Shown piece by piece: positions 42,482-55,400 of a stretch of 64,000 nucleotides of DNA. Position 1 is the first letter of the stretch. Each line of letters starts with the position of its first letter. The position numbers and the translations under genes are program-made. The stretch lies in contig VRVR01000018.1 in the NCBI GenBank assembly GCA_009859145.1, positions 253,688 to 317,687 of the forward strand, read 5' to 3'. This DNA comes from Andalucia godoyi And28 (lineage: Eukaryota; Protista; Jakobida). The notes below the pieces were generated by a model. The model had not been told where the DNA came from, ran no database searches, and was given only the letters and a program-made list of their open reading frames with translations.

Positions 42482-43486
42482 AAAAACGTGTCGTCGTCTT
42501 CTGTGCTCTCTCTTTTACGTAGGAGTGTGCTCATGTTTGGGAAAAAGAAGTTGGCAACGCTCCTTTGGTGCAGACGTACGAGCAGACACTACATTAATCA
42601 AACTTGGGGTTTTTTGGGGGTGGGGAGGCCTGGCGGTTGATACTTTTCCAAGCATCAAGGCTCAAAAACCAAAGACGTGGTCCGCCAAAAAAGGTGCGTG
42701 CTGATTCAGGGTCGAGGTTTGCGGATAAATTTCCTACTCGGACATGCGAGTAGAGCGGGAAGGTTTCCTCGGACACGAAAAAGGAAACATGCCGAATCGT
42801 CCGTCACACACATTCGTCTGTCGGGGCGCTTCGCTCTTTCCTTTTGCGGTCTCCTTTTGCTTTGCTCTCACGGCTCACAGCGCTTTTCCTTTGACAGAAC
42901 AAGAAGAAAGGTGGGGGAAATATAAAGCAATAGCACCAACTCGACGTCCATTGGCCGCGTTTTTTCCCCCACGCCCTTCACCACTTCTTTTTTTTTTTGT
43001 AACTAGGGAACCTCCCCCCCTTCCCTCGCCACGCTCCTCGAACCTAGTCAGAGGTTTTTTCACAGGGAGAGAGCGTCCCGTGTTGGCTACTGTTTGGAGG
43101 AGGAGGAGGAGGAGGAGGAGGAGGGGTGCCCCCAAACTGCCATGTTGTTCTTGAGAATTTACCGATCCACTCGTGGCTTCTGTTTGCCATTCATCTGCTT
43201 TTTTAATTTATTATTATGCTGCTGCTCTCCCATCCGCGAATTACCTTCCGGTTTCTCACGTGCGCAGACGACAGCGAGTTCCCAGGAAAACAAAGACAAT
43301 TAAAAAGAAGAATAAAAAAGGGAAAAAAGTAAAATATAAAAAAAGGGAACTACCTACACGCAGACAGAAACTCACTCAAACCAGTACGTACATCACATCG
43401 TCATCGCACAATCACACATCCTTTTTTTTCTTTCTTCTGTACATTTTTTCTCCCCCGTATTCCTACCCAGAGAACAAGTGGGATCG

Positions 43487-43867
43487 TTACTTTCTTGCAG
43501 GGGAGATTGTGAGGAGGCGCAGTTCATTCTCGCAGCTGCTGGTCGACGTATTGGTGCTGATAGCATTGTGGCATCCCATCATCGGGAAGCAATTGTTGTT
43601 GGCGAGAGAGAATCTGGGCCGAGTTGGATCCGAGTCCGGGCGCATAGGGATGCTTTGGACAGGCTCCGCATCAACAAGTGACTCGGAGGATCCAAAGATG
43701 AAGAGGACTTCTCTTGCAGCGCGCTGCTCGGGCAGCTCGTACGCATAGTGGGACGGCGACGCAGACACCGAAGCCGACGCAAACAGTCTGTGACGATCCG
43801 AGATTGGACGCGTCGGAGAGAGACAAAACGGCTTGACTGCTCTGGGCGTAACCAACGAACAAGACAT
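43487..43867 (-). CDS. Possible small hypothetical protein (126 aa)
   Basis: GC-richer ATG-initiated island flanked by A/T-rich low-complexity sequence; no motif. Confidence 0.35.
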   Translation of the reverse strand: MSCSLVTPRAVKPFCLSPTRPISDRHRLFASASVSASPSHYAYELPEQRAAREVLFIFGSSESLVDAEPVQSIPMRPDSDPTRPRFSLANNNCFPMMGCHNAISTNTSTSSCENELRLLTISPARK

Positions 43868-45261
43868 TCTTAAAAAAATGACAATAATAATACAAAACAA
43901 CACGGCAACAACCAAAAACAACGAACAAAAAAAGAAACCAATCAAACAAGACAATATACAACAAAAACACAAACGGAGAAACTCAGAAACTGTACAAAGG
44001 AAGCGTTGAGTGGCCACGGAAGGAAAATTGATGAACAGAAATTCAACAATAAGCCTGAGGAAAAACCAACCACAAAAAAAGAAAAAAGACAGAGATAAAA
44101 AGAGAAAAAAAGAATGGCAAGCAATTGGGAAAGAGCTAGAGAGACCAAAAAAAAAAACGGAAAAAGCAAAGGGAAAAAATTGGATATGCAATTTGAGGGA
44201 AAGCAGTGGTGGACTTGGTGGTCGGCGGACCCAGCGAAGAAGAGGGTGCGTGGAGACACCGGCATTGGCTAAATTGGTTTTCGGGGTTGCTGTCTGGGGT
44301 TCGGAGCTTCGATTCGACTGAGTTGCTGAGAGGAGAATTTCGGGATCTGCTCCGACCGATCTTTTGCCCCTCGACTTTTTTTCCAGATCTCAGAGATTCC
44401 GAATCGCGATTTCGTGAGGCAGTTCGATGTTGTTACAGCAGTTGCTGTTTTTGATTGTTTTGTTTTGTTTTGCAGGGGGGTTGTCAAGTGCTCTTTCTTT
44501 TCCCACCCGGCCTGCAGCCAAGAGCCAGAAATCAGAACAGGCAGGAGATATGCAGAACGCAAGACGTATCTTGGAAAAAGGCGATGACAAGCAGAAAATA
44601 AAAATGAAAAAATCCCTGCAGTCTGCAGTGAAAAAGGGCGCAAAAAACCGTCTGTAGAGCGGATGCGCTTTGGCCTTCCTGTACAGCGCAGGAGCGGACA
44701 GATTCAAGTTGGCCCGCAAGTTCATACAAAAAAGTAGCCGTCGACACGAAGAGGAAAGGAGAAAAAAAAAAAGAAAATGCCCGGCGGCTATTTTGAAATT
44801 CAAGTCAAATCACTTTTTCTTTGCCCTTTTTTGTGTTTTTCCCTCTTTTTTTTTGGCCTTCGGGATTCGCCGACCGGCTTTTCCCGGGAGAACGCTTCAT
44901 TTTCAACTCATTACAAAATATACATATTTTTTGTTTTGCCCAAACCTCGTGTCTCCTTCCTCCACTGTCCACGTGTCGTGTCTCGGAGCCTATTTATTTT
45001 ATCACGCGAGTTTTCATATTCTTTTTATTCTCTTCTCTTCTCTTCTTTTTTCGTCTTTTCATCTTTCCGTTTTTAATAATTATAGTAATAATAATAATTT
45101 ATTTTTTGCCTGCTGTTGTTTTTTTATTGTTTGGTTTCTCGTGTACTGTGTCTCTGGTGCTAGATTCCCGTGTCTTCCGACCGACCGACCGACCCACACA
45201 CACACACACACACAGACGCTCACCCACCCACTCACAACCAGAAGGAAGAGGGAGCAGAAAA

Positions 45262-45828
45262 ATGATTGATGATCCGTTTGCGTTTGTTTCGTCGTCGCCT
45301 CTTCCGCTGCGAAAACGATCGTACGCACACACAGTTTCAGGAGACTGCGAAGACGAAGAGGGCTCAGAGGCCGGGAGCATGACGCCGTTTGCGAAGCGGC
45401 AGAAACAAGCAGAGATTGTGGCAGACGAGTGGTTTTCAGTCGAAAAACGCAGCAGTAGTGACGGGTCTCCTGCGGCAACGGTCCATTTCGATGGTGTTGC
45501 GAGTGACGAGCAGCCCGATTCAGAAGGCACCGATTCGGAAAAGGAGAAGGAGGAAGATCGGGACGAAGGAGACACATCCGATGAGAGAATCTGGAATACG
45601 TTTGTGTGGGAAGACGACGGGACTGGTGCGATCTGCATGGATGTCAAGTCCCGCATTCTTCTCTCGAACCACGATGCCGACGCGGGTTCCGGTGCGAATG
45701 GCGATGCTGGTGCGGATGCGGATGCCGATACCGAGTGCCAATTAGGGGCTGTCAACCCCACCGTTGCCATTTCGAAAACTCTGTCCTTTGATGACCTGTT
45801 TGTATCCGACTTGGCTGATCTTTTCTGA
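45262..45828 (+). CDS. Acidic hypothetical protein (188 aa) with possible NLS
   Basis: ATG 45262, GC-rich island, LRKRS and AKRQK motifs, Asp/Glu-rich. Confidence 0.6.
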   Translation: MIDDPFAFVSSSPLPLRKRSYAHTVSGDCEDEEGSEAGSMTPFAKRQKQAEIVADEWFSVEKRSSSDGSPAATVHFDGVASDEQPDSEGTDSEKEKEEDRDEGDTSDERIWNTFVWEDDGTGAICMDVKSRILLSNHDADAGSGANGDAGADADADTECQLGAVNPTVAISKTLSFDDLFVSDLADLF

Positions 45829-46245
45829 TCCTTTTGTTGTTGTAATATAAGTACTTTCTCCTTTTGTTTTGTTTTGTGTTTCCGACGAACGGCCACCGTG
45901 TTTGGCTTGCTGTTTGCGTGTCCCCCTCCGTCCCGTCCCCCGCTGTGTTTTGTTTTTTGTTTTCCTCTTATTGAACGTGTCCGCTTTTGCGCAAAGTTGC
46001 AGTTTTTCCTTCAAATAAAAACAAACTGACTGCAACAAGACGAAAATGCAAAAAAGTCTGCAGTTTCTTCACATCAAACAAAAAACAACAATAATATAAA
46101 AAAATCATGATAAAGAAGAATTAAGAAAGAAAAGAAGTGGGGAAACAAACAAAACAGACATGCATAAACAGCAGCGTGCGTGCGATACAATCCGACGGCA
46201 AACGTGCCGACGCAGAGCATAGTAGTAAGTAACTATAAGTACAAA

Positions 46246-48818
46246 TTAGTTGAGATAGTGGCGACAGTTCGGTGCGCCGCAGTGGCAGATAATCTTCTCG
46301 TCTTCCTCGGGAAGCTTGTAATCATATGTAAGTTCTTCGCCGATTGCGATGTTTCGAAGAGCATAAATGCAGATCTTGTTGCGGCCGTCGACACGAATGA
46401 TGCGAGCGCAGCAACTGGGGTCACAGGAATGATTGATGAACCGCGCAAGATTACCGGTGAATGTGGCGTCAATGATGGCGTCATCATCCAGCTTGAACAT
46501 GTACGTGGACCCGATCCCAATCCCTTCGTACGCCTTTTCACGCATATCGGCAACCTTGGTCCGTACAATTTCGCCCACATACTCAATTACCATATCACCT
46601 TCATGAATGCGTTCGCAGGCAAACAGCCCCCAGTCATGGATCCGCGACTGACGGAACGCAATAGCTTTCCCTCGCATATCCATCGACCGACTACTGCTGC
46701 CCTCAAGATCGACTGTCGCAAACCGATCACGAAAGCGGCCTCGCGATATTCCAATGCTAGACCTGGACTTTGTGGACGTCGCCGAGGCGCTTGCTGCTGC
46801 TGCTGCTGCTGCCGCCGCCGATGCCGCCGTCGATGCCGCCACCACCGCCGAGCCAGAAGACGAAGAGGCGTCGATGCCATCGGGTTCACCGTTGGCATTG
46901 TTGTTGAACACGCGCATTCCTGCATTCTGAGGAACTTGCGCCGTGTCTTCCAGACCCTCCATATACAAAAGCTTGTCGCGCAGAGTTCGAAGATCGACGA
47001 GGGTCAGTCCTTGTACCCGCATGCACCCCATTGGATGGAAGGGCAGAATCTCCGCTTCCGGATTAAACAATCGCAAATCCTCGTCCAGGTTCGAAAAGAG
47101 ACTCTCCTCCGAATCGGCAACCGAGCCAGCCTCCTGGTCCCACGCGCCACTGCTGGCGGCATCCAATGGCGTGGGAGGCTGCGAAGCCTGCTCTGCAGAT
47201 GGCGAATCCTCGCTAAACCGCGCTCTCCGCTTCCGCCGCGTCGATATCTCAGCGTCCATCATCGCGGTTGCCAAAGTGGACTCATCCGCAGCAGCACTCG
47301 CATTTTCATACTTCTTGCCTTCGTCCCGACCGTCCGCCAACCGGGTCTTGGTGCGCTTTGACTGGCGGTTCTGGTTGCTGTCATCGTCCTCCTCCGCTTC
47401 TCGTTTTCGACTCGAAGAACCAGCCTTTTGTTTCTTAGACAGCAGCTTCTCCTCCTCATCGTCTGGATCATAAAAGATATTTCGAATTTTCGAACGAGTG
47501 ACCTCGGAATCCCAAGTGGACACAGCAGCCACACTTGGATCGTTCTCTACGGACTGGTCCGCAGTGTCTGCTTTTACGGGGCGCCGAGGGGGCTTCTCCG
47601 CAGAGTTTCTGGACTTTGTCTCAGTCTCGTCCATCTTTTCTCGTTTCGCAGTCGTTGGAGCCGAGTACGTTTTCATGAATTCGCGGACCCGCTCGTTGAT
47701 GGGTTTTAGAAACACCTGCTCTTCAAAATGGCGCAATATTGCCTTGCGCAGTGTCTCCTGCACAGCCTCGAAAGCTGCTTCCTTGGCCTTGACCAGATCC
47801 ACAACGGCCCGCGAAGGTGGATTCAAAATGCCGATAGGAAGTCCGCCCATGGACCTTCCTGCACCGCGGCTACCTTTCGATAATGGTGACGCATCTCCGT
47901 CCTCCTCGTCGTCATTCACACCCGCACCCGCACCGGCCGCAGGTGAAGAAGATAAATTCGACAAAGGTGAGAGCTTCATTCGCAACGCTTTTGCCAGTTT
48001 TGCAACTGCATCGTCCACTTTCCGACGCATTGCCACTTCCCGTTCTTTCCGTTTTCGTTCTTCTTCTTCCTGTTTTTTCCTCCTCGCCTCCTGCTTCTTC
48101 TTCTCGAACTCCACAGCAAATTTTGCAGTTTTCGCAATCAGCTTCGGTTTTTCCATGTTGGACACATCACACATTGCCTCGATCACGGCTTTGAGAAAGC
48201 GCACGCGACCGCCTCTGCAAGCCTGCAATGCCAGTTTCCCCTGGTTGGCATTTTCGTATCGGATCTCAATCGCAACCTTTTCCTCGTCATAATGTCCAAT
48301 CCTTGCATATTCAATGACTTTCCCAAAATACGAAAATTCACGAATGACTGCATGCAAATCAACACTTGGCGGCACGTTGAGCAGCAGGATCACTCGCTCC
48401 CGGTCTTCCATCCTTGGTGTCGCTTGGTAACAGTTTGGCTGCCAGTACGGAGTAAACGAAGGCAGCGGAACACTCTTGATCGTCTGTGATCTTGCAACTC
48501 GCGCGATCTCCATTGATTCAACCGATCTTGGATCTTTCAGCACCGGAGTTTCGAAAGGCTACATCCCAGATGACATTACATAGATGTACGATTAGCATGA
48601 CGGATTACTTGTCAAACCGCGGTGGTCTGGAGGCACAGAGTTGGAGGGAGGCGTTTTTCATTTTAAAAAAAAAGGCATACTGGAGGATAGAACCCATCCA
48701 CTGCGTAGATTCTCGGCTCGTTTGAGATCGTTTGCCAGTTCGAAGACCGAAGCTTCGAAGGAGTCATCGCCTTGGTTTTCCCGCCATCTGCAGGAAATAG
48801 CCTCGGAGGCTGGTTCAT
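46246..48818 (-). CDS. SET1: Histone H3K4 methyltransferase SET1; exons 48818-48681 and 48558-46246 (816 aa)
   Basis: RRM, N-SET (GCMRVQG), SET ([33 protein letters not shown]) and post-[19 protein letters not shown]...GCTAAT...ATGTAG intron (48680-48559) links an ATG exon encoding [16 protein letters not shown]. Confidence 0.92.
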
Positions 48819-49492
48819 ATCTGTTCTTACAAGCGCAGATACTCAGGCCGGAGACTTTCTCAAAAAAAATAATTGAAGAATGGATAAAGTAAAATCAAAA
48901 AATATCTGTAAGGAATATATGATTATAAAATTCAACAAAACAAATTAATCCGGAGGGAAAACGCTTCAAAGGAGGGAAAAAACGCATAGCACAGTCCATC
49001 TTGCATCAATTGATGAATCTTTTTTGTGTTCCCCATATGGTGCAGTGCTGTACGTATCGTCTGGTCGTGTCTTGTAATGGGGGCCGACCGATGGTTCGTG
49101 CTGAGGAACCTGTTTTCGTTCTGTTCTGCTGTGACGAAGTTGGGGTTGCTTTGCCAAGGATGCACATCAGACCACCTCAGATTTGTCTGGGTGCTTTGAC
49201 CGCATCGCACGAATCATGAATGGGTTGCTCGCATCGTTTGATTTGCGTTGGAAATGTTCCAGCAAGCGATCCGGTCCGTTGGGAGAAATGCTTTCCATGA
49301 TGCTCTCCTTCCCTTCCCTTCCTTCTCCTTCTCCTTCTCCTTCTCCTCCATCTTCTTTCTTCTTTCTTCTTTCTTCTTTCTTGTTCTTGTTCTTGTTCTT
49401 GTTCTTGTTCTTGATCTTCTTCCTCATTTGTGCATGTTCAGTGCCCTTTTCAAATCACAACAACAGTTTCTTGTATTTTGTTCACCGCTGCA

Positions 49493-52400
49493 ATGACGAA
49501 TGCAAAGAGAAAGTCTGCGATCTCTGGTAGCAGTATATGCAGCAGTTCTATGCTTATTGCTTTGCTGTTAGCTCTTATTGGGTGTGCGTATGGGCAGTGC
49601 CCCGGTGCGATTAACATTTATAACTCCTTTGTCACATCGGATGGCCCCTGGGTGGCTGCGCACGGAGGCGGGACTCTGCTTCTTACAGGAAATTCGTTTC
49701 CCCCCGAGTTGGCAGACAATTTGACCATTTTGATCGACAACGTGTATCCGTGCTTGACGGTCTCCGTGAATTCGTCGATGCTGGAGTGCTTGGTCGCTGG
49801 AATTCCCGGAGTTGCAAGCTATACAAGATCAATCCGCGTGGTTTCGGTTGACCCTGTTGCCAACTGCACCGTTTCGTCAGCCGTCGGCGCATTCACGAGC
49901 ATTCAGGAAACGCAGGAGTGGTTCCGGTTCACGTACGGACCGTGGGCTCCAAAGAACGCACTGGAAATCTCCAGCATTGCCGATCCAAGGATCAGCAACT
50001 TCACATTCCAGTCGAACCAGGGGTTTGCATTGTCCTTCTTTTTTTCGCAGCAACGGCAAGCGGATGTCGGCATCTCTTCTTTACTCGTTGTGGGAAATGT
50101 GAATGGAACCTCGCGGCGCTGTGATGCGTTGCAAAATGGAATCCATCTGTGGCACGACAACCAGAACGGCATGCTTTGCTTAGAGTACGTTGTGAATGGA
50201 ACCGGCCCCAGTGTCGGGTGCCAAGTCCGATGTTCACGAAGTCAGTTTTTTAGACCCTTGTTACCAACCGACGGATTCGCGCTGCCAGACACGTATGTGT
50301 TTGTCGTTGTGGACGTTTCGCAATCCGGTGCTTATGTATGGGTAGACGGCAATCTTGAAATTTTTGTGCGCTTTCCTTCCAACGCTACCAGTTTGAGACT
50401 TCCCACTGGTCCCCAGACGGTTCATTTTGGACGACGGTGTCCCACAGGCGGATACTGCCCCCTTCAAGCGATCGACCATATCGCGGTATTCAGCAGGAGT
50501 CTGGGACCCGAGACGGTGGCGAAGTCATTAACGTCGGACCCGCGGACCAACGCCCGTGTGAACACTTCTCTTATTGCGTTGTACTCGTTTGACGGGACAA
50601 ATCTGGCGCAGAGTATGGTTCCCTCGAACGGATTGTCGTTTGTCAGCTCTTCGTTGTCGAGCAAGCCATCTTACGCCAAAGTAGAAGGCATCCACTTTGC
50701 AGAGTGCCCATCACAGTCTGTGAACTGCTCCACGTTTGGAGGTCACGCGTTCTTTCGAAATGACGTTGTTCTGAATCAGTGGAATGCACGACTGTCGGAT
50801 TCCATGACAACTGATTTCAGAATCGTCGATCGTCTCTCGTCGTGCGAACAGCTGCGAGCAATGGGATATAATCGCGATGTCGAGACTGTTCTGTACTCCA
50901 AAGGGTTAAATGCTGTTGTCGTTCACTGCAAGTACATGTCCGGCACGACGCCGTCTGCATTCCTGAGGTTGGTCACTCCCGCGACAATGAACTTTACCGG
51001 TGGAAAGAAAATTTGGGAGAAATTGCCAATATCCATGAGTTCTAACAAAATATGTGCTTCTTGCATGGATTTTGTGACGTTTGATCCTCCCAATTCCTTT
51101 TTTAAAGGTGATTTCGGAAACTTTTCAGGCGAAGCAGTTGCCACACAGAACATTCATTTTGAAGCGGATTTCATTAGCAGCCCTTTTGGGTTCGGGCAGC
51201 GATATGTCCGCCTGTTCAATGTCGGTGCTTTCAACCAAGACTTCACGAACGGCAATCGCACGATGTCCATAACTGCATCGAATGGCGAAGGGGCGTATAT
51301 ACCGGGGTGCTTCGAGTACGGGGGGTTTTGCATCACTCTCGACGCTGCTTCGAGTTCTCCAAACGTTTCTTTTCCCTGGAAACTCGTAACATTTGTTCTT
51401 CCGCCGAGCACTTCTTCTGATGGCTCTTCATTGGCGTACCCGTCGCAAAGTCTCACCGTGCAACTCGGCGGCAGGCGACCAACCGGTTCGCAGTCCTGGT
51501 ACTTTTCGTTCCAGTTTCAACTGAAAACAGCACGCGCGTTTACGAATCAGCTTGCTGACAATGATGGGGATAATCCCGCAAACTGGGATGGAAGCGTTTT
51601 ACCGGGCGCACAAGACACAGTGTTTGTCGGCGCTGGCACGTTGATTCGGTTTCGAACCGCGCAGCTGAGTGTGCTGAAGTTTGTCTTGTCCGGTGGCACT
51701 GTGGTTGGTCCGGGTGCGAACAACGACTCATACTACATTCAAGCGCAGGGCGGAAGCCTGTCTACAGGGACGCTTCAGGATATACGCATCATCTTTTTGC
51801 TGCCGACAGGGACTCCAAAGTCAAATGGAGTAGACATGTCGCCCAAAAGTGGACCAACACTAACCCTCAACAATTCCACCCTGGAATTTGTCAACACATC
51901 CTTCTCTTTTATGACGAGGATGAATGCTTTCAACTCCCGTTTTGTTTCCAACAGTCAGTTCGAGTTTTGGCACCTTCTGTCGCCATTTGGAAATCTCTCG
52001 GATTTCACCTTGCAGATCAAATCTGGAGGAACCGGGCTGATTCGAAGCTCTGCAACCGTTGCACCGCTATCCCTGATTATCGAACCTGGAGCGATGGCTG
52101 TTGTGCCGTTTTTTAACCAGTTCACTGACGTACTGGGTTCTCAAAAGAACTTTATTGATAACAAGGGCGTGCTCATGTTCGGATACGATGCAAAGGCTGT
52201 GCAGGATGTGTACCTCACGGATGCCGATGATGGTGGTAATTTGAATGGCGCTATTTTCAAATTGTTCCGCCCTCTGAGTGAAAATGTGCGCTCTCGTATC
52301 AACTGTCCTGCTGCCAGTCCAGCGGCTTTGGTGCTCCCATCTCGTGGCATGGACGTGATGCTGACGACAAATCCCCTTCCTGTCAATCTACCGAATTCCT

Positions 52401-55400
52401 ACATTATTGTCAATGTTTCGTTTGGTGATGGCTCATCATACGACTGCATCCTGACAAACAGCTCGAGTACTGGTACGATTTCAATCTCAGGAGGTGTGCT
52501 TTACTCGGGTATCGGTATTTTGGATGTTGTATTTACTCAATTGTATTCCGGGCCGCTTAGTAGCTTATCTCCATTGGGCGCGGTTCTCAACGTTTCCGTT
52601 CCACAAATTCTGCGATCTTGTGCGACGCTGATCCGCGTTACGGTGAATTCTCCGAATGCAGCCATCGCTGTTCGTAGCATTTTGATATGGTCACCGCAGA
52701 GTGTGGTGGACGTCTCCCGCTCGTCATTGCTATCGATCGAAGCGATGAGTCTTTGCAGGAAGTCACTGCCAATTCGGTTTTCCAACGACGGTGGAATGGT
52801 GAGGAGTTCCGGTTTTGGAAGCTTGATGTTTTCTGGGGATTGGTCCCGCGGTGGTGAGAATACATTGAAAGGACAGTTTTTCTTTTCAAATGAATCCGCA
52901 GTCGTGTTTGACATCAATCGTGCTCCGGCGGTTACCAATACGGCGACGTATTTTCTGCCATCCTCTTCCGCACTCTCGGTTTCTCTGCTGATTGTGAACC
53001 CACGTGCTCGACTTATCGTCGACGGGAGCTTGATTGCTCGGGATGCGCTGATAGCAGGACAGCTGCTGTTCACAGCCGACTGCCTTGCGAATAATCGGTC
53101 CGCGATTCCATCAATCAGCATCGCCAACATATCCGGGGTACTTGTGGGCGTTGCGCAGCAAATGTTCCGCTTCGACGGTGGCTCTTCTGCTGCATTCTCT
53201 GCGGTTAATTCTTCGAACGGATCTCCGATTTCTGGCGCTCTTACTGTGTCCAGCGCTGTGCAGGACGAGTGGAATCGATGGATTGAATTGACAGATGCAG
53301 ATCCAACGTCGGAACTGTTTCTTCGGTTCGATCCGTCTGTCCGATCTCTGTGCAGTAATTCGTTTTCCTGCGTCCTGTCACTGGATCGGCGAGTCAAAAG
53401 GGGAGATGTCGCTGTTCCATTGAACCGGGAAATCACGGGAGACTATTTCTTGGGTGCTCCGACATATGCCAAATCTTGGATTCTCGACCCTGCCGGTATT
53501 AGAAACTTCTCCGTTCTTCCGGATATTTGGATGGCCGAAATCGTAAGTTTTCATGCTGCGCCAGTACCTTTCAGGAACACCATCGTTTACGGACCTGACG
53601 CCGGTGATGTCGAGCAACTGAATCATGTGAGCGATTTGTTCACCCGTGCGGAGTTCTATGCAGACGGTGGTCTTGTACAGGAAACAGTCGCCTTCGACAA
53701 CGTGATTGCTGTCGGCTCGTTAATGCAGGTTGAGGATTGCTGGATTTCCAGATTCCATCCACTCGGAGCAACCGTCAAATTCCGAGTCACGTCGAAATCC
53801 TCCACGATGAGTCTGCCTGCAAACATGACTGTCACGATGTCACAGTTGAGCGCTCCGACCGCCAATGCGATGCTATTCAACCCTTCAACCTCCTTTTTGT
53901 CCATTCTGGACTCGCAGTTCAATTACGGATTCGACATCTCGTTTCTGATGTCTGTCGATGAGTATGCATTGTCCGTTAAGCCGTTCTCACCTTCCCCAGC
54001 GATTTCCGTGTGTCCCGGTGTTATCAAAGTTGGACGGCAGTCGCTGACAGTGCTCCCCTCATTGTTGGATGCTTCTTCGTTACGGAGGATTTCTTTGCGC
54101 ATCCAGGGGTTCAAGTCGTCGGATGTGAATGCGCTGCCGTCTGGACTGGCGTGCGTGTTTAATGCGCTTCAGCAGCAAAATTCTTCCGCAGTTTGGGACA
54201 GTAGTTTGGGTGTTGTCAATTGTTCCGTCCCCGTTTCTGTTGCCGCCGGCAGTGTGAATGTGATTTTGCAGAATGGGACTATTGAATTGGGTTCTGGAAA
54301 TTTCAGTATCTCCAATGTCGCGACGTTTTCTGCTGCATCCGTGGACGTGAATGCGACCTTTATTCGGATTTCCTTCTCTTCTCCCACCAATATGCCTTCC
54401 TCTCCTGATTGTTCACTCCTTTTGCTCCTGGCATCTCGCCTGACTTTGGGTGAAAGGACTGGCTTGCAGTGCTCATGGCAGGATGCGTCGAACTTGGTGA
54501 TTCAGCTTGGGCAGCTGGTTGTGTGGAACAAAGATGATCCGTTTTTCAATATTTCGATAGTCCCCGGGTCCATTCGAGATGGCACCGATGTGACAGCAGC
54601 GGCGCAGATTCCAACTTTGATTCGGCTTCCGTTCTCTCCTCCGTTGCCGATGTTCCAAATCTCTCCCAGTCAAGCCGTTGTGAACATTTGTGACGCCTTT
54701 TCCCTCTCTGCAGTACTGGTTTCCGGAGGTTTGAACCGGGCGGTGAGCAGCACTTGGAGGTTGTTGTCCACGTCCATGACTGGATTCAACCAGTCTTTGC
54801 CGTATCCCGTGTCCAGCAGTTTGGAAGTGTCACTGGGTGACCCCTTTCGACTTCCAGGATCTTTCGTATTTGAATTCACGGGAGTGAACGCGTTTGGATA
54901 TCAGTTCCGCGCAACGGTGAATGTGACGAGACGTTCCAACGAAATAACGAGTGCCAGCATAGTGGGTCCGAGTCCTGCAACAGTTCGCATTTCGCAAGCT
55001 TTGACTTTGAATTCTCTTGTTGCGTCCGCCTCCTGTCTTTCTTCGCTGGGCTTCTCAGTAGACTATGAATGGAACATCTCGGGATCGACGTTGTCTGCTG
55101 TTGCAATCGGAAAGGCTGCATCTGCAAAGGGGCTGTCGTCGATCGTGTTCCCTGGGTTTGCGTTCGTTTCGGGGAACAATTACAGTGTTTCACTGCGAGT
55201 GAAGACTGTTCCGTTCCTGTCGTCCGCATTGCTTGCCGAGTTCCAATTCTCTGCATTTGCGCTGCCATTGTCTGCGGTTGTGGACCAAGGCTCCTTTGTG
55301 GAGCAAGGAGTGGCCAGCCCACTGCGACTTTCGAGTCTGGGTTCTGTTGATCCGGACAACGAGCCTGGAATCACTCCCACCTTCTTGTGGTCTTGCCTGC

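Noticed and set aside
43942-45269. Several Phe/Leu- or Lys-rich ORFs in the long AT-rich spacer
   Set aside because: Translations of poly-A/T low-complexity DNA.
48932-49427. Short minus-strand ORFs upstream of SET1
   Set aside because: Fragmentary, partly low-complexity and without motifs; cannot support a gene call.
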